Positions 1-10,153 are shown, counted from the first letter of the stretch. The stretch: DNA of 32,000 nt from Vibrio vulnificus CMCP6 (GCF_000039765.1 NC_004459.3:1470001-1502000), one strand, 5' to 3'. Program-made: numbers and translations. The notes: generated from the sequence alone by a model not told the origin.

Positions 1-429
1 CTCCAGAACCGCAAGGTTTTGTTCAAAGGTTGCAGCATCATAAACAGGATCTTGATAGGAGTTGATTTGATGATTACCTGTTGCATTACATTCAGCCCCG
101 CTGTTTGGGCCAAATTCTTCCACGCAGTTATGGATCATGTGATCGTAACTGTGGTTCCCCACGATATGGCCAGAGTCGAGAGCCAACTTGAGCGCCTCAA
201 GTGCTCGGTCTTCATTTTCATCCCCAATTCCATCTAAGTGCCAAGCATTGAAATAGAACGTGGCTTTAATTCCGCCTTCATTGAGCACTTGAATGACATC
301 AAGGCTCGCGTTAATTGGGCCGTCATCAAAGGTTAAATAAATCGTGCCTTTTGGGCTTGTTTGTGCCAAAGCACTTCCTGAAATAACGATACTCGCAGCA
401 GTAAGTAAAGCCAGTTTTTTTAATTTCAT
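1..429 (-). CDS. Secreted polysaccharide deacetylase of the chitin-oligosaccharide deacetylase type (CE4), N-terminal 143 codons only; the C-terminus lies beyond the window start
   Basis: My own minus-strand translation from the ATG at 429-427 gives MKLKKLALLTAASIVISGSALAQTSPKGTIYLTFDDGPINASLDV...GHIVGNHSYDHM. It has a Sec signal peptide and the CE4 motifs TFDDGP and HSYDH. The frame is open to the window edge, which is why it is missing from the ORF track. It is divergent from the chb-type PTS operon. Confidence 0.8.
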   Translation of the reverse strand, partial: MKLKKLALLTAASIVISGSALAQTSPKGTIYLTFDDGPINASLDVIQVLNEGGIKATFYFNAWHLDGIGDENEDRALEALKLALDSGHIVGNHSYDHMIHNCVEEFGPNSGAECNATGNHQINSYQDPVYDAATFEQNLAVLE

Positions 430-618
430 TTTTCTATCCTTTTTGAAATTAATTAATAATGACGTTGTTAGTTTTATATTGATAAAAGTGTTTTTATATT
501 CGCTAATTAAATAACGATTAATCAAAATCGTTGCTCTCTTCTTGGTTATTATCCTATCCATGATTACCAATCTAAAAATAGGGTTAATTGTTCGAAATGA
601 GATTTTGTTCACGAACAA

Positions 619-632
619 TGCAACCGGTTGCG
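619..632. promoter_or_regulatory. Candidate LacI-family operator: TGCAACCGGTTGCG, with a perfect 12-bp palindromic core GCAACCGGTTGC
   Basis: A perfect palindrome about 65-80 bp upstream of the chbB start. It resembles LacI/GalR-type operators (TGnAAnCGnTTnCA class). A LacI-family gene closes the operon. Confidence 0.35.
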
Positions 633-694
633 CTTTTTTGCATGGATTTATTTTGCTACAGTTTTTAGGTCAGATTTTGAACAAGGGAAAATAA

Positions 695-1003
695 GTGATG
701 AAAAAGATTTTGTTATGCTGTAGTGCGGGCATGTCAACGAGTATGCTGGTCAAGAAAATGGAGCAAGCTGCCGCGAGCAAAGGGATCGAATGCAAGATTG
801 ATGCGTTATCTGTCAATGCGTTTGAGGAAGCGATTAAAGAATACGATGTTTGTCTGTTAGGGCCGCAAGTGCGATTCCAACTCGAGTCTTTACAGAAGAC
901 GGCGCATGAGCATGGTAAGAATATTGCGGCGATCTCTCCGCAAGCTTACGGAATGATGAAAGGTGATGAAGTTCTTCAGCAAGCGCTAGATTTAATTAAC
1001 TAA
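695..1003 (+). CDS. chbB: PTS lactose/cellobiose-family EIIB component (chitobiose/(GlcN)2-type)
   Basis: The translation MKKILLCCSAGMSTSMLVKKME carries the EIIB active-site Cys motif. The likely true start is the ATG at 698, one codon after the GTG at 695, with an AAGGGA RBS at 684-689. Confidence 0.9.
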   Translation: MMKKILLCCSAGMSTSMLVKKMEQAAASKGIECKIDALSVNAFEEAIKEYDVCLLGPQVRFQLESLQKTAHEHGKNIAAISPQAYGMMKGDEVLQQALDLIN

Positions 1004-1091
1004 TTCGCGAACGTAAAATTTTAAGAAGTTAATCAGGTCATATATTAAATATGGCTAAGGGTTGCTTTGTCTAAAAATAAGGAAGGATTCT

Positions 1092-2423
1092 ATGAAGCTT
1101 TATGATGCGATAATTGGAGTTGTTGAAAAATATATTGCTCCAATAGCGGCTAAAGTTGGTAATCAGCCTCACGTGAGAGCGATGCGTGATGGTTTTATCG
1201 TGGCCATGCCATTTATTATTGTTGGTAGTTTTATTTTAATTTTTGCTTTTCCACCTTTTTCAGAAGATACCACTAATACTTTTGGTCGAGTGTGGTTAGA
1301 TTTTGCTACTAAGCACTTCGATACCATTATGATGCCCTTCAATATGTCGATGGGGATCATGACGATATTTGTCTCGTTGGGGGTCGCTTACAGTTTGGCG
1401 AAAGCTTACAAAATGGATGGCATCACGAGTGCTGTGTTATCACTGATGTGCTTTTTGTTGGTGGCAGCACCGGCTAAAGATGGCGCTTTATCGATGGCAC
1501 ACATGGGCGGAACGGGAATCTTCACTGCAGTGATGTGTGCCTTCTTCGCGGTGGAGCTCTATCGCTTTATGAAGAAGCATAACATTACCATTCGAATGCC
1601 AGAACAAGTTCCTCCTGCGATTGCACGATCCTTTGAGGTTCTGCTACCAGTCTTAGCGATTTTTATTACGCTCTACCCGCTGAGTTTATTCGTGCAAGCC
1701 CAATACGATATGTTGATTCCAGATGCGGTTATGGCAATGTTTAAACCTCTGATCAGCGCATCCAATACACTTCCTGCTATTATTGGTGCCTTGCTGGTCT
1801 GTCAGCTATTGTGGTTTGCTGGTATTCACGGTGCGGCCATTGTTGTTGGCCTGCTTTCTCCTATCTTCCTAACTAATATCAGTGCAAACATTGATGCGTT
1901 CGTTGCCGGACAGCCAGTTCCAAACGTCTTTACTCAGCCATTCTGGGATTTCTACATCTTTATTGGTGGCTCTGGTGCGACATTAGCGCTAGTGATGTTG
2001 ATGTCTTTCAGCCGTTCAGCGCATTTAAAGAGCATTGGTCGTATGAGTGCGGTACCAGGACTCTTCCAGATTAACGAACCCGTTATCTTCGGTAGCCCTG
2101 TGGTGATGAACCCAATTCTCTTCCTACCATTTGTTTTTGCTCCGGTGATTAACGCCACCATCGCTTATTTTGCTGTGCAGTTTGGCTTTGTTGGCATGGG
2201 CGTAGCGACAACGCCTTGGACAACTCCGGCCATCATCGGTGCATCGTGGGGAAGTGGCTGGACATTTACGCCGATTCTCCTCGTTGTTGGGTTACTGATC
2301 CTTGATCTCTTCATCTATCTGCCATTTTTCAAAATGTTTGAGAAACAGATTCTGGAGCAAGAGCAACCCAACACAGAATCTCAAGAGCAGCCACAAGCCA
2401 GTGGCCAAGGTGTTACCGCTTAA
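1092..2423 (+). CDS. chbC: PTS lactose/cellobiose-family EIIC permease
   Basis: A polytopic membrane protein of about 443 aa (MKLYDAIIGVVEKYIAPIAAKVGNQPHVRAMRDGF...). I prefer the ATG at 1092, which has a GGAAGGA RBS, over the track start at 1062. Confidence 0.9.
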   Translation: MKLYDAIIGVVEKYIAPIAAKVGNQPHVRAMRDGFIVAMPFIIVGSFILIFAFPPFSEDTTNTFGRVWLDFATKHFDTIMMPFNMSMGIMTIFVSLGVAYSLAKAYKMDGITSAVLSLMCFLLVAAPAKDGALSMAHMGGTGIFTAVMCAFFAVELYRFMKKHNITIRMPEQVPPAIARSFEVLLPVLAIFITLYPLSLFVQAQYDMLIPDAVMAMFKPLISASNTLPAIIGALLVCQLLWFAGIHGAAIVVGLLSPIFLTNISANIDAFVAGQPVPNVFTQPFWDFYIFIGGSGATLALVMLMSFSRSAHLKSIGRMSAVPGLFQINEPVIFGSPVVMNPILFLPFVFAPVINATIAYFAVQFGFVGMGVATTPWTTPAIIGASWGSGWTFTPILLVVGLLILDLFIYLPFFKMFEKQILEQEQPNTESQEQPQASGQGVTA

Positions 2424-2436
2424 TTTATCGAGATTT

Positions 2437-2458
2437 GAGGCTGCGAAGTCGCAGCCTC
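2437..2458 (+). other. GC-rich stem-loop between chbC and chbA (GAGGCTGCGA-ag-TCGCAGCCTC)
   Basis: Perfect 10-nt inverted arms lie directly after the chbC stop (2421-2423) and before the chbA RBS GGAGGAG (2464-2470). There is no U-run after the hairpin. Confidence 0.6.
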
Positions 2459-2476
2459 TCTTTGGAGGAGAGAAAA

Positions 2477-2785
2477 ATGGAACAAGAACTGGTGGTGATG
2501 GAAATCATTTGTAATGCAGGTGAAGCAAGAAGTTTGTGCTTTGAAGCATTGAAATTATCACGGCAGAAAGAGTTTGTGCTGGCGGACGAAAAACTGGCTC
2601 AAGCAAAGGAGTGTTTGAACAAGTCACACTTAGTGCAAACGCAGCTGATTGAAGAAGATCAAGGTGAAGGCAAAGTGCCTATGACATTGGTCATGGTGCA
2701 TGCACAGGATCACCTTATGACGACAATCTTGGCTCATGAGCTTGCAGTAGAAATGGTCGAACTTCATAAGCAGTTGGCTGGATGA
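2477..2785 (+). CDS. chbA: PTS lactose/cellobiose-family EIIA component
   Basis: MEQELVVMEIICNAGEARSLCFEAL...VHAQDHLMT is typical of EIIA-Lac/Cel. The ATG at 2477 follows a strong GGAGGAG RBS. The upstream part of the track ORF runs through the hairpin and is probably not translated. Confidence 0.9.
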   Translation: MEQELVVMEIICNAGEARSLCFEALKLSRQKEFVLADEKLAQAKECLNKSHLVQTQLIEEDQGEGKVPMTLVMVHAQDHLMTTILAHELAVEMVELHKQLAG

Positions 2786-2794
2786 GGAAGTCTT

Positions 2795-4117
2795 ATGTCT
2801 AGAAAAGGACTAAAACTTGCGATTATCGGGGGAGGCAGTAGCTATACCCCTGAGTTAGTCGAAGGTGTATTAAAAAGAGCAGCATTTCTGCCAGTAGAGC
2901 AAATCCATTTTGTCGATATTGAGGCGGGTGCAGAAAAACTGGAGATCATTCGTCAGTTATCGCAAAGAATGGTGGATAAGGTTGGCGCTAAGATTGAGAT
3001 CAAAGCTGGCTTTGATCGTAGAGAAGCGATCTTGGGTGCCGATTTTGTCATGACACAATTTCGTGTAGGCGGATTAGCCGCCCGAGCCAGTGATGAGCGC
3101 ATCCCATTGAAGTATGATGTGATTGGTCAAGAAACCACTGGGCCAGGTGGGTTTGCTAAAGCCCTGCGCACCATCCCGGTGATCCTCGATATTTGTCGAG
3201 ATATCGAAGAGCTAGCACCTGAAGCTTGGATGCTGAACTTTACCAATCCAGCAGGGTTGGTCTCCGAAGCGGTAAGCAAGTACTCCAAGGTGAAAAGCAT
3301 TGGCTTATGCAATGTGCCAGTTTCAATGCAAATGATGATTGCAGAGATGATGGATTGCGAACCCAAGGAATTGCAGCTTGAGTTTGCTGGCCTTAATCAC
3401 TTGGTATGGGTACATAACGCTTGGCTAGACGGAAAAAATATCACGGAGACCGTGTTGGAAAAAGTTGGTGATGGTGCCAATTTCAGCATGAAGAACATTT
3501 GGGAAGAACCTTGGGATCCAACCTTCTTAAAAGCTTTAGGGGCCATTCCTTGTCCTTATCATCGCTACTTTTATCAAACCGACGCAATGTTGGCTGAAGA
3601 GAAGCAAAGCGCGCGAGAAAAAGGCACGCGAGCTGAGCAGGTGATGGAAACAGAAAAAGCGTTGTTCCAGCTTTATCAAGATCCCGGTTTAGATCATAAA
3701 CCCGAAGAGTTAGAGCAACGTGGTGGGGCGTACTATTCAGATGCTTCATTAAACTTGGTGGATGCGATTTACAACAACCGAAACAGTATCCATGTGGTTA
3801 ACGTCTTAAATAATGGTGCGATAAATACGTTGCCGGATAACGCCGTGATTGAATGCAGTTCTGTGGTAGGAAGTTGGGGAGCTAAGCCGATTGCTATAGG
3901 CACTTTGTCACCAAAACTCAGTGGACTGTTACATCAAGTGAAAGCCTATGAACAATTAGCGATCGAAGCTGCTGTTCATGGCGATTACCATCAGGCCTTG
4001 ATGGCATTAGCGAATAATCCATTGGTTCCTGATATTGGTAGAGCTAAGCTGATTTTGGACGATATTCTCCAAGAAAATGCAGAGTACTTACCGCAGTTTA
4101 AGTTAACCTCTCTTTAA
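2795..4117 (+). CDS. chbF: GH4 family 6-phospho-beta-glucosidase (NAD/Mn-dependent)
   Basis: An N-terminal Rossmann motif (KLAIIGGGSSYTPELV), a length of 440 aa, and a position after EIIA as in chb/cel operons. Confidence 0.9.
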   Translation: MSRKGLKLAIIGGGSSYTPELVEGVLKRAAFLPVEQIHFVDIEAGAEKLEIIRQLSQRMVDKVGAKIEIKAGFDRREAILGADFVMTQFRVGGLAARASDERIPLKYDVIGQETTGPGGFAKALRTIPVILDICRDIEELAPEAWMLNFTNPAGLVSEAVSKYSKVKSIGLCNVPVSMQMMIAEMMDCEPKELQLEFAGLNHLVWVHNAWLDGKNITETVLEKVGDGANFSMKNIWEEPWDPTFLKALGAIPCPYHRYFYQTDAMLAEEKQSAREKGTRAEQVMETEKALFQLYQDPGLDHKPEELEQRGGAYYSDASLNLVDAIYNNRNSIHVVNVLNNGAINTLPDNAVIECSSVVGSWGAKPIAIGTLSPKLSGLLHQVKAYEQLAIEAAVHGDYHQALMALANNPLVPDIGRAKLILDDILQENAEYLPQFKLTSL

Positions 4118-4136
4118 TAATAAGGTGGATGTTGAG

Positions 4137-4895
4137 ATGAAAGTTATTTTTAACGCTGACGATTTTGGCCTCACGCGAGGGGTGAATGATGGCATTGTCC
4201 ATGCTCATTTAGATGGCGTAGTACGCTCAACTACGATGATGGTTGGTATGCCCGCAGAAGCCCATGCAGTTGAGTTGGCTAACCATTTGCCAGAGTTAAA
4301 AGTGGGCCTTCATCTCAGATTCACTGCGGGGAGACCGCTAACGGAAGAGCAAAACCTAGTCGGCAGAGACGGCGATTTCACTCCTTATGGGCAATTTTGG
4401 CATCGACGAGACTACGATCCTATTGCGATACACAACGAAGCGGTAGCGCAAGTTGAGTACTTTTTAGCGCTGGGATTGAACTTGAGCCATATCGATAGTC
4501 ACCACCATGCGCATACTCATCCACAGTTTGAACCTGTTATTTACGACATTGCGAGAACCTATCAAGTACCGCTGCGAAGCACGGGATTGGCTGGTGAAGA
4601 AGAGTTTGGTTGCCGCTATCACTTTACCGATCATTTCTATGACAAGCGAGTAGGGCACGATTCGCTGATACAGCACTTGTTGACGTTAAAAGAGCACTAT
4701 GACGTTGTAGAAGTGATGTGTCACCCCGCCATCGTGGACACTGCGTTAGAAGCTTGCAGTGGTTATGCCAAACAAAGAGAACTTGAACTGGCCATTTTAA
4801 CCAGTGATGAACTCAAGCTAAGTTTGAGAAAGCATGATATCGAAGTCACGGATTATTCCGAGTTGATTTTTGCACCACTGCACAGCTGTGTATGA
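4137..4895 (+). CDS. chbG: YdjC/ChbG-family chitooligosaccharide deacetylase
   Basis: MKVIFNADDFGLTRGVNDGI... is the YdjC-family N-terminal signature (DDFG). The ATG at 4137 is preceded by an AAGGTGG RBS. Confidence 0.85.
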   Translation: MKVIFNADDFGLTRGVNDGIVHAHLDGVVRSTTMMVGMPAEAHAVELANHLPELKVGLHLRFTAGRPLTEEQNLVGRDGDFTPYGQFWHRRDYDPIAIHNEAVAQVEYFLALGLNLSHIDSHHHAHTHPQFEPVIYDIARTYQVPLRSTGLAGEEEFGCRYHFTDHFYDKRVGHDSLIQHLLTLKEHYDVVEVMCHPAIVDTALEACSGYAKQRELELAILTSDELKLSLRKHDIEVTDYSELIFAPLHSCV

Positions 4896-4899
4896 TTAA

Positions 4900-4952
4900 G
4901 ACTGCCAGCATCGCCCCCTAGTCACCTTTCAAGTTGCTGGCAGTCACTTTTT
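4900..4952 (+). terminator. Long-loop hairpin plus T-run between chbG and the regulator gene (GACTGCCAGCA-24 nt-TGCTGGCAGTC-ac-TTTTT)
   Basis: Perfect 11-nt inverted arms at 4900-4910 and 4935-4945, followed by TTTTT at 4948-4952. The large loop makes its strength as a terminator uncertain. Confidence 0.4.
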
Positions 4953-4990
4953 ATGAAGAAGCTCTGAGCGCTTCGAATTGGGTTGAAGGA

Positions 4991-5986
4991 ATGGCAAGAA
5001 TTAAAGATGTAGCAGAGCTTGCTGGTGTAAACCGCTCTACCGTATCGCGCATTATTAATGGCGAAGGCAAATTTAAAGAAGAAACCAAGAAGAAAGTTGA
5101 ATGGGCGATGGCGCAACTCAACTACCGACCAAGTGCTATAGCGCGCTCACTGGCCACATCTTCTTCCAATATGGTGGGGCTATTAGTTACCTACTATACA
5201 GGTGGTTTCTTCGGAGAAATGATGGACCGTGTTCAAACCGAGTTAGATCAACACAATAAATTTCTCATCACCGCTCAAGGACACCATTCCGCGCAAGGTG
5301 AACGAGATGCAATACAACGCTTTCATGACCTACGTTGTGATGGCTACGTCTTGCACAGCCGTTACTTATCTGATGATGATTTGAGAGAGTTAGCTCAGCA
5401 AACAACACCGTTCGTCTTATTAGATAGATACGTCGAAGGATTGGAAGAACGTTGTATTACCTTCGATCATCGAGCAGCTAGTTTGATCGCTGTGAATCAT
5501 CTAATTCATCAAGGTCATCGTCAAATCGGTTGCATTACTGGCCCAAGCCAACGGTATAACAGTCAACTGAGAAAACAAGGCTATCTAGATGCAATGAAGC
5601 AGATAGAGCATCAAGGAGGGGGGGCATTATGCATTGAAGGTGATTATGGTCGAAAAAGTGGCTACCGCGCGATGCAAGTTTTGCTTGAACGTGAACCTAC
5701 ATTGACGGCGGTATTTTCTTGCAGTGAAGAAATGACGATTGGTGCACTGCAATATTTGCATGAGAAGAAAATCGCAGTTCCAGAGCAAATATCTATAGTC
5801 AGTTTTGATAGTGTCGATCTGTGTGAGAGCCTTTATCCGACCGTGACAGCGGTGCATTTCCCGATTAGTGAGATGGCGGAAGTGGCGGTTCAAACCTTGA
5901 TTCATCTCATCAAAGATCAACCACTCACCCCTTTAGACGGTTTTCAGCCGATACTAAAAAGGCGGAATGCAGACCGTACAATTTAA
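4991..5986 (+). CDS. LacI/GalR-family transcriptional regulator
   Basis: MARIKDVAELAGVNRSTVSRIINGEG is the canonical LacI HTH, followed by a periplasmic-binding-protein-like sugar-binding core. The ATG at 4991 follows a GAAGGA RBS. Confidence 0.85.
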   Translation: MARIKDVAELAGVNRSTVSRIINGEGKFKEETKKKVEWAMAQLNYRPSAIARSLATSSSNMVGLLVTYYTGGFFGEMMDRVQTELDQHNKFLITAQGHHSAQGERDAIQRFHDLRCDGYVLHSRYLSDDDLRELAQQTTPFVLLDRYVEGLEERCITFDHRAASLIAVNHLIHQGHRQIGCITGPSQRYNSQLRKQGYLDAMKQIEHQGGGALCIEGDYGRKSGYRAMQVLLEREPTLTAVFSCSEEMTIGALQYLHEKKIAVPEQISIVSFDSVDLCESLYPTVTAVHFPISEMAEVAVQTLIHLIKDQPLTPLDGFQPILKRRNADRTI

Positions 5987-6055
5987 TCGAATCAGACACC
6001 TGCAGTAAGTTGAATTGTTGACTATCTTTGTAAGAGACATAACAAGGAGAGAGAT

Positions 6056-6463
6056 ATGTATCAACTTACTCCCTACCTTTACTTTGCTGGACGCTGTGCA
6101 GAAGCTCTCGAATTTTACCATCATTGCTTTGGTGGACGCGTAACCAACATCCGTTTGTTCAAAGATGCCCCTCAATATATTGAATCGGTAGAACCTGATT
6201 GGATTATGCATGCCGAATTTGAAGTGAATGGTATCCATCTGATGCTCTCAGACGGTGTCGTTGCCAAGGAGTTAGCGGGAAACAATATGGCGTTGTCTCT
6301 GTGCGTTGATGATCTCGACATACAACTAAAGTTGTTTGATCAATTGGCTGATGGTGGGCGAGTGATGATGCCTTTAACTGACACCTTTATTGGCAGTCGT
6401 TTAGGAAAGGTTGAAGACAAATTTGGTATTCGTTGGATGATTCACTGTAAATTTACAAATTGA
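6056..6463 (+). CDS. VOC/glyoxalase-superfamily protein, PhnB-like
   Basis: A 135-aa protein. MYQLTPYLYFAGRCAEALEFY...HAEF...GIRWMI matches the PhnB/YjdN-like VOC pattern as I recognise it. Confidence 0.7.
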   Translation: MYQLTPYLYFAGRCAEALEFYHHCFGGRVTNIRLFKDAPQYIESVEPDWIMHAEFEVNGIHLMLSDGVVAKELAGNNMALSLCVDDLDIQLKLFDQLADGGRVMMPLTDTFIGSRLGKVEDKFGIRWMIHCKFTN

Positions 6464-6557
6464 TAGTGATTGGAAATGTGAATTGTTATTGATGAATTAA
6501 TTGACAAAATCCACTAAAATTTCGCCTTTGTTTTGGAAATTTTGGTCTTAACGAGAA

Positions 6558-7814
6558 GTGGCAACTATCAAAATTACAGTAGATCGTATTCAACCTGGAT
6601 TACATATACGTCTGCCGTTGAAGTGGAACGAGCACCCTTTTCTTTTTAATAGCTTCAAGATCAAGGATCAGGAACAAGTGGAAATGATTCGCCACTTGGG
6701 CGTGAAGTGGGTCTTCCTCAATGTTAATCAGAGTGATACGCAGCCATTGCCTGCCAATCAGCAAAACCTTTCTGAAAGTGAACAGCAATCTGAAAAACTT
6801 GATGGCGAAACCAAAAAGCTTTGGGATGAAAAGCAAAAGCGTATCGAGAAGTTAAGTTCTTACCGACGTCGTGTCATTCAATGCGAAAAAGAATTTGAAC
6901 GTTCGTTGGCGAGAATGCGCTCTGTCATGACCAAAATTCGCAATCGTCCGACCGATGCGGTTGATGAAGCAAAACAACTCATCGATGACATCGTTGAAAA
7001 ATTGATGAGTGATGACAATGTGACCCTTCATCTCATGAATGGGAAAAGTGAATTTGAAGATATCTATTTTCACTCATTAAACGTGTCCGTCATCGCGATG
7101 ATGATAGGCCGTGCAAAAGGGTTTAGTGCGGCACAGCTAAAAGAACTTTCATTTGCCGCTTTGTTTCACGATATCGGTAAAATAAAAATTCCCTCTGCGA
7201 TTGTCCGTAAGCAAACGCCACTCACTGATCCTGAGTTTAATTACCTCAAACTGCATACCAAGTACGGATTGGATTTAGCCAATACAGTAGATGGTTTTCC
7301 AGATAGTGCAAAAAAGGTCATTGCGCAGCATCATGAGCTCAATGATGGTTCCGGTTATCCTGATGGTTTAAAGGAAAATGAAATTGACGAGCTGACACAA
7401 GTGATTGCGGTGGCGAATGCTTTCGACAATTTATGCCATCACAACATTCCTGCAGAACAGAAAATTCCCTACACCGCACTATCTCATCTATATAAGAACT
7501 GCAAGCACCTCTATAGTGCCGAGAACCTGAATATTCTCATTAAGTTCATGGGAGTGTTTCCACCAGGTACGGTCGTACAACTTTCCAATAACATGGTCGG
7601 GCTGGTCATTTCCGTCAATGCGGCTCATCTACTGTATCCCAATGTTTTGATGTACGACCCAGCAGTACCAAGAACTCAGGCGCCCATCATCGATTTAGCG
7701 GACAAAGATATAAAGATAGTCAGTGCAATTCATCCTAATAAATTACCTGACAAAGTGAGAGAGTACTTAAACCCTCGCTCACGAATTTCTTATTTCTTTG
7801 ATAGTGACGATTAG
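6558..7814 (+). CDS. HD-GYP domain c-di-GMP phosphodiesterase with a DUF3391-like N-terminus
   Basis: HD motif (LFHDIGKIKIP) and HHELNDGSGYPDG (GYP motif). The start codon is GTG. Confidence 0.85.
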   Translation: MATIKITVDRIQPGLHIRLPLKWNEHPFLFNSFKIKDQEQVEMIRHLGVKWVFLNVNQSDTQPLPANQQNLSESEQQSEKLDGETKKLWDEKQKRIEKLSSYRRRVIQCEKEFERSLARMRSVMTKIRNRPTDAVDEAKQLIDDIVEKLMSDDNVTLHLMNGKSEFEDIYFHSLNVSVIAMMIGRAKGFSAAQLKELSFAALFHDIGKIKIPSAIVRKQTPLTDPEFNYLKLHTKYGLDLANTVDGFPDSAKKVIAQHHELNDGSGYPDGLKENEIDELTQVIAVANAFDNLCHHNIPAEQKIPYTALSHLYKNCKHLYSAENLNILIKFMGVFPPGTVVQLSNNMVGLVISVNAAHLLYPNVLMYDPAVPRTQAPIIDLADKDIKIVSAIHPNKLPDKVREYLNPRSRISYFFDSDD

Positions 7815-7875
7815 TTATCCACAGAATTTTGTGAATATCTTCTTTATATATTGAAGATAAAACTACGACAAATAA

Positions 7876-7913
7876 ACGTTTGAGTGAATAATCATCACTC
7901 GAACGTTTTTTTT
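7876..7913 (+). terminator. Rho-independent terminator of the HD-GYP gene
   Basis: ACGTTTGAGTGA-ataatca-TCACTCGAACGT stem with one G:U pair, followed by T8. Confidence 0.7.
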
Positions 7914-7934
7914 AGAAAAAATGGCAAATAGCAC

Positions 7935-7962
7935 TTGCCAATGAAACTACCTTCCCTATAAT
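7935..7962 (+). promoter_or_regulatory. rrn P1 promoter (sigma70): -35 TTGCCA, 16-nt spacer, -10 TATAAT, GC-rich discriminator GCGC
   Basis: The hexamers are read directly from the sequence. A-T-rich UP-like sequence lies upstream (7906-7930). The architecture is typical of stringently controlled rrn P1 promoters. Confidence 0.6.
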
Positions 7963-8050
7963 GCGCATCCACCGACACGGCAGACAGCGTAAGGCTTCAG
8001 CAAGGTCGGGTGAGGCAAAAGCTTCTGAGAAAATAAATTTGAAAAAGTGT

Positions 8051-8078
8051 TTGACTCTTCAAATTAACTCGCTAGAAT
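8051..8078 (+). promoter_or_regulatory. rrn P2 promoter: -35 TTGACT, 16-nt spacer, -10 TAGAAT
   Basis: The hexamers are read directly. It lies about 115 bp downstream of P1, as in tandem rrn promoters. Confidence 0.6.
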
Positions 8079-8116
8079 GCACCTCCGCTTTGAGAGAAAA
8101 GCTTCTCGAAAAGCAA

Positions 8117-8129
8117 AGCTCTTTAACAA
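8117..8129 (+). promoter_or_regulatory. rrn leader boxA antitermination element (AGCTCTTTAACAA)
   Basis: Matches the boxA consensus TGCTCTTTAACAA at 12 of 13 positions. Confidence 0.65.
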
Positions 8130-8322
8130 TATAAACCTATCAATCTGTGTGGGCACTCGTTGATGATAATCCAAAAGATTTATCAATGAACTGAGTGACC
8201 AAATCAAGTTGGTAACAGCCTTGAGCTGTTTTGTTTCACTTTTTTAAAAGTGAAAGCCAATAAGAGCACAGTCAATTTATTCAGTATTCATTGAGCCGAA
8301 GCGCAAGCTTCAAAAAACTTTT

Positions 8323-9864
<1,542 letters not shown>

Positions 9865-9926
9865 TACGATGATTATTGCGATGAGTGTTCACACAGATTG
9901 ATACGGTTTAGATTAGAGTATCTAGT

Positions 9927-10003
9927 GGGTCTGTAGCTCAGGTGGTTAGAGCGTACGCCTGATAAGCGTAAGGTCGGTGGTTCGAGTCCACTCAGACCCA
10001 CCA
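9927..10003 (+). tRNA. tRNA-Ile (GAT)
   Basis: Acceptor stem GGGTCTG/CAGACCC, anticodon loop CTGATAA, encoded CCA. A standard ITS tRNA. Confidence 0.95.
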
Positions 10004-10013
10004 CTCAAACGAT

Positions 10014-10089
10014 GGGGCTATAGCTCAGCTGGGAGAGCGCCTGCCTTGCACGCAGGAGGTCAGCAGTTCGATCCTGCTTAGCTCCACCA
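10014..10089 (+). tRNA. tRNA-Ala (TGC)
   Basis: GGGGCTATAGCTCAGCTGGGAGAGC..., with the G3:U70 identity pair, anticodon TGC and encoded CCA. Confidence 0.95.
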
Positions 10090-10140
10090 TCTTTAAGGGT
10101 TTTTCCTTAAGAATCTTTAAAAATGGTTTCGAAAGAAATC

Positions 10141-10153
10141 TGCTCTTTAACAA
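10141..10153 (+). promoter_or_regulatory. Spacer boxA (TGCTCTTTAACAA)
   Basis: A perfect boxA consensus in the 16S-23S spacer. Confidence 0.7.

Noticed and set aside
19-237. A 72-aa plus-strand ORF at the window start.
   Set aside because: It is antisense to the much better supported CE4 deacetylase reading frame, which carries the TFDDGP and HSYDH motifs.
1004-1091. The 88-nt chbB-chbC spacer, considered by analogy with the E. coli/Salmonella chbBC spacer that traps the ChiX sRNA.
   Set aside because: I cannot see a ChiX-like pairing partner or any conserved element from this sequence alone. The analogy rests on position only.
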